Positions 58,904 through 64,000 of a stretch of DNA of 64,000 bases are shown here, piece by piece. The position numbers were made by a program, and so were the translations under genes. The stretch is from positions 128,001 to 192,000 of the forward strand of contig JAKFBS010000004.1 in assembly GCA_036677065.1 (NCBI GenBank), read 5' to 3'. The notes beneath the pieces are model-generated. The model saw only the letters and a program-made list of their open reading frames with translations. It had not been told where the DNA came from and made no database searches. Source of the stretch: Bdellovibrio sp. (GTDB lineage: Bacteria; Bdellovibrionota; Bdellovibrionia; Bdellovibrionales; Bdellovibrionaceae). Each line of letters begins with the position of its first letter. The stretch's first letter is position 1.

Positions 58904-60253
58904 ATGAATTTATTCAAGTTAGCTTTTAAATCAATTCGTCATAGATCTTTTGCAACTACAGCTACCCTATTTTCAGTGGTGTTAAGTTTATTATTACTTT
59001 TCACTGTAGAACGCGTGCGTAGGTCTGTTGAAGATAGCTTTACCCAAACTGTTTCTGGTGTGGATTTGTTAGTCGGTGCCAGAACTGGATCGTTGCAGTT
59101 AGTGCTATTTTCAGTATTTAACATCGGCCAAGTTACAAATAATGTTTCTTACGATAGTTACGATAAAATTCATCATCATCCCGATGTGGAATGGACTATT
59201 CCGATTAGTTTAGGTGATGGTCACAAAGGTTACCGTGTTGTTGGAACAACGACAGAATTTTTTGAACACTATCAAGTTAGATCTAGCGAACATTTAAAAA
59301 TTGTTAACGGGTCACTTTTTACTGAAGCCAATGAAGTTGTCTTGGGTGCCGAAGTTGCCGAAGTTTTAAAATACAAATTAGGCGATAAAATCATCGTAGC
59401 TCACGGCAGTACATCCGGCGAATCTTTTGAAGAGCATGCGGATCAGCCATTAACTGTGGTTGGTATTTTAGGCGCAACGGGTACAGCGGTAGATCGTTCG
59501 CTTTACATCACGCTAGCGGCGATGGATCACATGCATGACGAACATGAAGAGGGTGAAACTCCTGAAGAGCATGCTCGGCACGAAGGTGCCAAACACGAAA
59601 AAGAAGAAGATCATGCGGGCCATGAGCATCATAAACATCATGATGAAAAAGAACACGAAGGCGAAGAACATGATCACGAAGCTCACGATCACGAGCATCA
59701 TCCTGAACAAATCACTTCGTTTTTCGTAAAATTAAAAAGCAAAACTAAAATTTTAGCGATGCAGCGTGAAATTACTGACAATAAAGGTGAAGCCTTATTA
59801 GCCGTTATTCCAGCGTCAGTATTAAGTGATCTTTGGAAGAGTCTTTCACAAATTGAATTTGTTTTAAAACTTATTTCAGCTCTAGTTATGGTGGTTGGCC
59901 TTATCGGCATGGTCATCGCGTTAATGACTAGTTTAAACGAGCGTCGTCGCGAAATGGCGATTTTACGTTCGTTAGGTGCTGGATTTTCGCATTTAGCAAA
60001 ATTAGTGCTTTTAGAAGTACTTTTAATTTTAGGTTTAGCCGTCATTACGAGTGCTGTGTTAAAAGTTTTATTAGAAATCGCATTGACTGATTATGTGGCG
60101 AAAAAATTTGGATTATTCTTAACTGGTTCATATTTTTCAGCGATGGATGTATCAATGATGGTTGCTACGGTCGTTATTGGGCTAGTGTTTGCGCTGGGCC
60201 CCATTGTGATCTTTAAAAATAAATCATTAAAAGATGGTCTTGCAGTTAAATAA
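58904..60253 (+). CDS. ABC transporter permease, MacB/FtsX-type, with His/Glu-rich insert
   Basis: DLLVGAR.G.LQL.L.SVF.IG, PISLGD.H.GYRVVGT and NERRREMAILRSLGA; His-rich tract at about 59528-59703. Confidence 0.9.
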   Translation: MNLFKLAFKSIRHRSFATTATLFSVVLSLLLLFTVERVRRSVEDSFTQTVSGVDLLVGARTGSLQLVLFSVFNIGQVTNNVSYDSYDKIHHHPDVEWTIPISLGDGHKGYRVVGTTTEFFEHYQVRSSEHLKIVNGSLFTEANEVVLGAEVAEVLKYKLGDKIIVAHGSTSGESFEEHADQPLTVVGILGATGTAVDRSLYITLAAMDHMHDEHEEGETPEEHARHEGAKHEKEEDHAGHEHHKHHDEKEHEGEEHDHEAHDHEHHPEQITSFFVKLKSKTKILAMQREITDNKGEALLAVIPASVLSDLWKSLSQIEFVLKLISALVMVVGLIGMVIALMTSLNERRREMAILRSLGAGFSHLAKLVLLEVLLILGLAVITSAVLKVLLEIALTDYVAKKFGLFLTGSYFSAMDVSMMVATVVIGLVFALGPIVIFKNKSLKDGLAVK

Positions 60254-60254
60254 T

Positions 60255-60731
60255 ATGGATTTTTCGAAAAACTATATTACACCGCAAGGCTTTGCGAAAT
60301 TAAAAGCCGAATACCACGAGTTGATCGCCGTCGAGCGCCCCAAGGTGGTCGAAGTCGTCACTTGGGCTGCCAGTAATGGTGATCGCTCAGAAAATGCCGA
60401 TTACCAGTACGGCAAACGTCGTTTGCGCCAGATTGATGGGCGACTTCATTTTTTACAAAAACGTATGGAGTCTGCCGAAGTGATTGATCCTAAATCGCTT
60501 AAATCAGATAAAGTCATTTTTGGCGCAAAGATCACCATTGAAAATGAAGACGGGGATCAGCACACCTATCAAATCGTTGGTGAAGACGAAATTGATATTA
60601 AATTAAATAAAATCTCATGGAAATCGCCAGTCGCCAAAGCCTTATTGGGTAAAAAGCTGGATGATGAAGTCAAAATTCAAAAGCCAGCGGGCGATGAACT
60701 AGTTGTCATTACAGATATCGTCTTTGAATAA
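60255..60731 (+). CDS. greB: Transcription elongation factor GreB
   Basis: NYITP.G...L, VTWAASNGDRSENADYQYGKRRLR.ID and ISWKSPVAKAL. Confidence 0.95.
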   Translation: MDFSKNYITPQGFAKLKAEYHELIAVERPKVVEVVTWAASNGDRSENADYQYGKRRLRQIDGRLHFLQKRMESAEVIDPKSLKSDKVIFGAKITIENEDGDQHTYQIVGEDEIDIKLNKISWKSPVAKALLGKKLDDEVKIQKPAGDELVVITDIVFE

Positions 60732-60780
60732 CACACCGCTATTTAATTGAGTCCGGCCAGTTACGGGTTAGCATTAATAC

Positions 60781-61446
60781 ATGCGTAACCGTTTAGTCTT
60801 ATATTTTGCCGGATTCATTGTAGCCATCATGTGCTTTCTGGTGTTCGACTATACAGCTCGCCGCGATTATTTAGTTAAAACAAGCCAGCCGCGCCAAATT
60901 GCAACAGCTGAAGCTATCGTCGTTGAAGATAATGCAGATTCAGCAAATGGCATTGCTGCGCGCACAAGATTTTTAACACGCTTTAAGAACTTTGCAATTC
61001 GTATGAACTCTCTTTCTGATGATCCCGAACAGAGTGAAGAATTTTTACGAGATTTTTCACAAACGATTAAACCCGAAGACATTATAGCTTTAAGCAGTGT
61101 TTTGAATGATCGCAAAATAAGAAATGACGAAAGAACATTGGCCTTAGAACTCATGGTGATGAACCAAGATTTCGCCAGTCATAATTTAATTAATAATTTT
61201 GTGCAAAACGAAAGTTTTACGACAAGAGATCATCAAGAATTTGAAATTTCTCTTCGCGCACAGGCGATCGAAGGTTTAACTTTGTTTGCCGATAAAAAAT
61301 TAGTGCGTAAAAATTTAGAAAACTTAAGAATTCGCACGCGCCATGCGTTCTTGCATGATCGTGCCGGTAAAGCGATTCAATATTTGTCGAACACACACTT
61401 AAATGCCCCAATCGAGAATGCCGATGCTGAAGCTTCGTCGCCATAA
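60781..61446 (+). CDS. Membrane-anchored hypothetical protein
   Basis: N-terminal TM and helical body. Confidence 0.65.
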   Translation: MRNRLVLYFAGFIVAIMCFLVFDYTARRDYLVKTSQPRQIATAEAIVVEDNADSANGIAARTRFLTRFKNFAIRMNSLSDDPEQSEEFLRDFSQTIKPEDIIALSSVLNDRKIRNDERTLALELMVMNQDFASHNLINNFVQNESFTTRDHQEFEISLRAQAIEGLTLFADKKLVRKNLENLRIRTRHAFLHDRAGKAIQYLSNTHLNAPIENADAEASSP

Positions 61447-62434
61447 AAAATCTGAACACAGCTGCGACGGGCACGGGCACAGCCATGATCACGGTCATGA
61501 CGACCATAAACATGATCACAGTCATGGTGGCCATCACCACCATGTCGAGATTCAAAGCGAAGCCGATATTTCGAAAGCTTTTATAATCGGGGGAGTGTTA
61601 AATTTTGTTTTCGTGGTTTTTGAATTCACGATCGGCGTTATCACTGGATCAGTTTCATTAATTGCCGATGCTGTTCATAATTTTTCTGATGTGGTTTCGT
61701 TATTCTTATCGTGGATTGGTTTTAAATTAAACAAATCAAAACCTTCGGCGCAATTTACCTACGGCTTAAAAAAGATGTCGTTGATGATCGCGTTTTTTAA
61801 TTCGATCACTTTGATTTTAAGTTTAATTTACATTGTTTACGAGGCTTACCATCGTTTTATCGAGCCACAGGCTGTTGCCGAAGATAAAATTATTCTAGTG
61901 GCTGGTCTTGGTATTGGGGTAAATTTTTTATCAGCATTTTTATTTAGAAAAAACCACAGTGATGTAAATATTAAAGGTGCTTATCTGCACTTGATGATGG
62001 ATGCTTTTATTTCATTAGGTGTGGTGATTGCTGGCCTTGGTATTAAGTTTACTGGCTTGACGATTCTTGATCCGATTGCAGCCTGTTTAATCGTGGTCTT
62101 TATCGCTAAGGGGACAGTGTCGTTATTGCGTGAGTCTTTTGTGTTATTGCTTGGCGGTGTGCCGTTAACAATCAATTCAGATCAAGTCAGAAAACAGATT
62201 TTATCTTGCGCTGAAGTTTTAGAAATTCACGATTTACATATCTGGTCATTAAGTTCATCTGAAGTGGCTTTAACTGCGCATATTAAAATGAAAGATAAAA
62301 AACATCCCGGAGATTTATTTTTAAAAAATTTAAATCTAATGCTGCGGGATAAATTTACCATTTCGCATGTGACGATTCAGATTGAAATCGGTGACTTGGC
62401 AGATACTGCCTGCGATCTGGATAATAAATGTTAA
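61403..62434 (+). CDS. Cation diffusion facilitator (CzcD/ZitB-like)
   Basis: His-rich N-terminus; SLIADAVHNFSD, GAYLHLMMD, HDLHIW and HVTIQ. Start uncertain. Confidence 0.92.
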   Translation: MPQSRMPMLKLRRHKKSEHSCDGHGHSHDHGHDDHKHDHSHGGHHHHVEIQSEADISKAFIIGGVLNFVFVVFEFTIGVITGSVSLIADAVHNFSDVVSLFLSWIGFKLNKSKPSAQFTYGLKKMSLMIAFFNSITLILSLIYIVYEAYHRFIEPQAVAEDKIILVAGLGIGVNFLSAFLFRKNHSDVNIKGAYLHLMMDAFISLGVVIAGLGIKFTGLTILDPIAACLIVVFIAKGTVSLLRESFVLLLGGVPLTINSDQVRKQILSCAEVLEIHDLHIWSLSSSEVALTAHIKMKDKKHPGDLFLKNLNLMLRDKFTISHVTIQIEIGDLADTACDLDNKC

Positions 62435-62446
62435 AAAAATGAATAT

Positions 62447-63226
62447 TTATTCAGTGATTACATCGTAAATTGTATGAGTCGTTGTTCCGACAAGAAACGA
62501 AACTTTAAACTTAGAGTAAGAGTGAAATTTTAAAAATTCGAGTAAATTTTCGCACAAGTTTCTATTTACAAAACTATACTTACTGCTTTTGCCTAGAATA
62601 ATTAAAAAAGAGGGGATAGTTGGGTTATTGCCCGTACCACAGTCGGCAGTGGCCGCTTGAGTCATATCATCAGCTTTAATTTGTAAATTAACTCGCTCGG
62701 GATAGGTCGTATTAAGGCGAGCCCAGGTGTACGTTTCAGATTTAAAGATATGACGATCACGACCACCAGTAAGTGCTAAATAATAAAAATCTTTTTCGGT
62801 TAAACCAGTTGCCGTATACAAAGTACTGCTAAGTTCATAGTTTTTATCTAAACCTGGTTCGCTTAATCCTAAAATTTCATGAAACACGATCAGGGCTGAT
62901 TTGTTTTCAGTAAGCCCTTGGCGTGATTCGCGACACCATTTTTGCGAAAGATAAATACGATTCGCCGCAGGCTCATTCATCGCGATATATTGATTGCCTT
63001 CGTAATTAACCATTTCAGTTTGCACTTCGACGATTTCAGCAGTGTTTACTTTTTCTAAAAAGCGATCTGAATCAAATTGAATTCCATCAACAAGACTATG
63101 AATAACTTTGCCGTAACTGATAAAGTGTTCAACACAAGTATTGCCGCCACCGCGTACGCCAAATGATCCTGAAGCTAATGTTTGTGCCGTAATTAAAGTA
63201 ATAAGTAAAAAAACTAATTGTTTCAT
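62447..63226 (-). CDS. Secreted hypothetical protein
   Basis: Signal peptide followed by GVRGGG; FHEILG; 4-bp overlap with the upstream gene. Confidence 0.7.
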   Translation of the reverse strand: MKQLVFLLITLITAQTLASGSFGVRGGGNTCVEHFISYGKVIHSLVDGIQFDSDRFLEKVNTAEIVEVQTEMVNYEGNQYIAMNEPAANRIYLSQKWCRESRQGLTENKSALIVFHEILGLSEPGLDKNYELSSTLYTATGLTEKDFYYLALTGGRDRHIFKSETYTWARLNTTYPERVNLQIKADDMTQAATADCGTGNNPTIPSFLIILGKSSKYSFVNRNLCENLLEFLKFHSYSKFKVSFLVGTTTHTIYDVITE

Positions 63227-63999
63227 AAATTTCCTGAAGTGACTTTAAAGAGCTGGATTCCTAAAGTGTATACGCTGTTTTTAATTTTTGCTTCGTGTGA
63301 TAAAGCCGTAATGCGGTTGAAACATTCTTCGATGATACCTTCGGCTTCTTTAACCTGAGCTGAATCAAGAATGATAGTTTCTGTTCCAACAATACGATCT
63401 TGCATTGGTAAATTGTCGATCGCCCATTTTGAACGATCTAACATCTGTTTGTAGAACGCACGAATCGAAGTGCTTGGCGTCGCTGATTGTAAAAGATGCG
63501 AACAGTTTTCACTGCGCACATATTTGTTGTCTGTAAACTTGATGAGTCCAGCTTGGCTTAAATTTGCTAAAATTTTATCGGCTTCGTCAGCTTCTAAATT
63601 TAAAAGCTTAGTCAAGCCGGCGGCGTTTACGCTTGAGTGCGCACCAGACATTAACACTAGCGTAGAAATATGATTCAAATCTAAAATTTTATCGAAATTA
63701 ATGCTATCTACTTTTTTACGACGGTGAGAGTGCGCCAAGCCTTTAAGCTTTTTTTGAATTTTATCAATTTTTAAATTATCTGTTTCATGAGTGACCTGAA
63801 TCATGCCCGTTAAATATTCGATTTCAGTTGCTGACAAGTCTAACCATTCAGCAACTTTTAAAGCGGTATCAACTGACAAATGTTTTTTCTTATTCATCAC
63901 CGTTGATAAATAGGCTGGCGACAGATCCATTTTGTAGGCAACAGATCTTAGCGAAATTTTACGTGCGCTATCTTCTTGTTTTTTAGAAATGGCGTCGCG
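63223..63999 (-). CDS. TIGR02147/DUF4423-like HTH protein, 5'-truncated by the window edge
   Basis: Frame is open to the edge and adds ...RKISLRSVAYK before MDLSPAYLS; also SIRAFYKQML...AI...R and VYTLGIQLF. Confidence 0.78.
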   Translation of the reverse strand, partial: RDAISKKQEDSARKISLRSVAYKMDLSPAYLSTVMNKKKHLSVDTALKVAEWLDLSATEIEYLTGMIQVTHETDNLKIDKIQKKLKGLAHSHRRKKVDSINFDKILDLNHISTLVLMSGAHSSVNAAGLTKLLNLEADEADKILANLSQAGLIKFTDNKYVRSENCSHLLQSATPSTSIRAFYKQMLDRSKWAIDNLPMQDRIVGTETIILDSAQVKEAEGIIEECFNRITALSHEAKIKNSVYTLGIQLFKVTSGNL

Positions 64000-64000
64000 A

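Noticed and set aside
59513..59729. Met-rich alternative-frame ORFs here and at 61217..61555
   Set aside because: By-products of CAT/CAC/GAA-rich His tracts in the permease and the CDF.

Overview
Low-GC bacterial chromosomal window. Gene content and order (a TIGR02147/DUF4423-like HTH protein, an LD-transpeptidase/NTF2 gene divergent from fliL, an AgmX-like protein, many signal-peptide hypotheticals) suggest a Bdellovibrionota predator; this is an inference. Most of it is housekeeping: tmk-holB-tatD-gap-pgk-tpiA, secG, hisC, cmk-rpsA-sppA-HIT-rhomboid, nrdR-nusB, menB, lgt, hisS and greB. The top candidate for an undescribed system lies in the ~370-bp gap between an ABC substrate-binding gene and hisS (56146-56518), where the ORF track shows nothing. 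It has the architecture of a type I toxin-antitoxin locus: a 36-aa cationic/hydrophobic peptide with a strong SD on a highly folded minus-strand mRNA whose 5' and 3' ends pair and whose 3' UTR can occlude the SD and AUG. A predicted cis-antisense RNA starts from a sigma28/FliA-like promoter inside the ORF, with the same format as the fliL promoter in this window, and has its own terminator. Other highlights are a tandem of two SleB-like cell-wall hydrolase + secreted partner pairs, a URC-type uracil catabolism operon with mmsA and udk, a degenerate hydantoinase A/B-like pair, a probable inversion separating tpiA from secG, and a recurring GTC-N9-GAC palindrome. I recognised no rRNA, tRNA, CRISPR array or IS element. 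All calls come from motif reading only; no searches were run.
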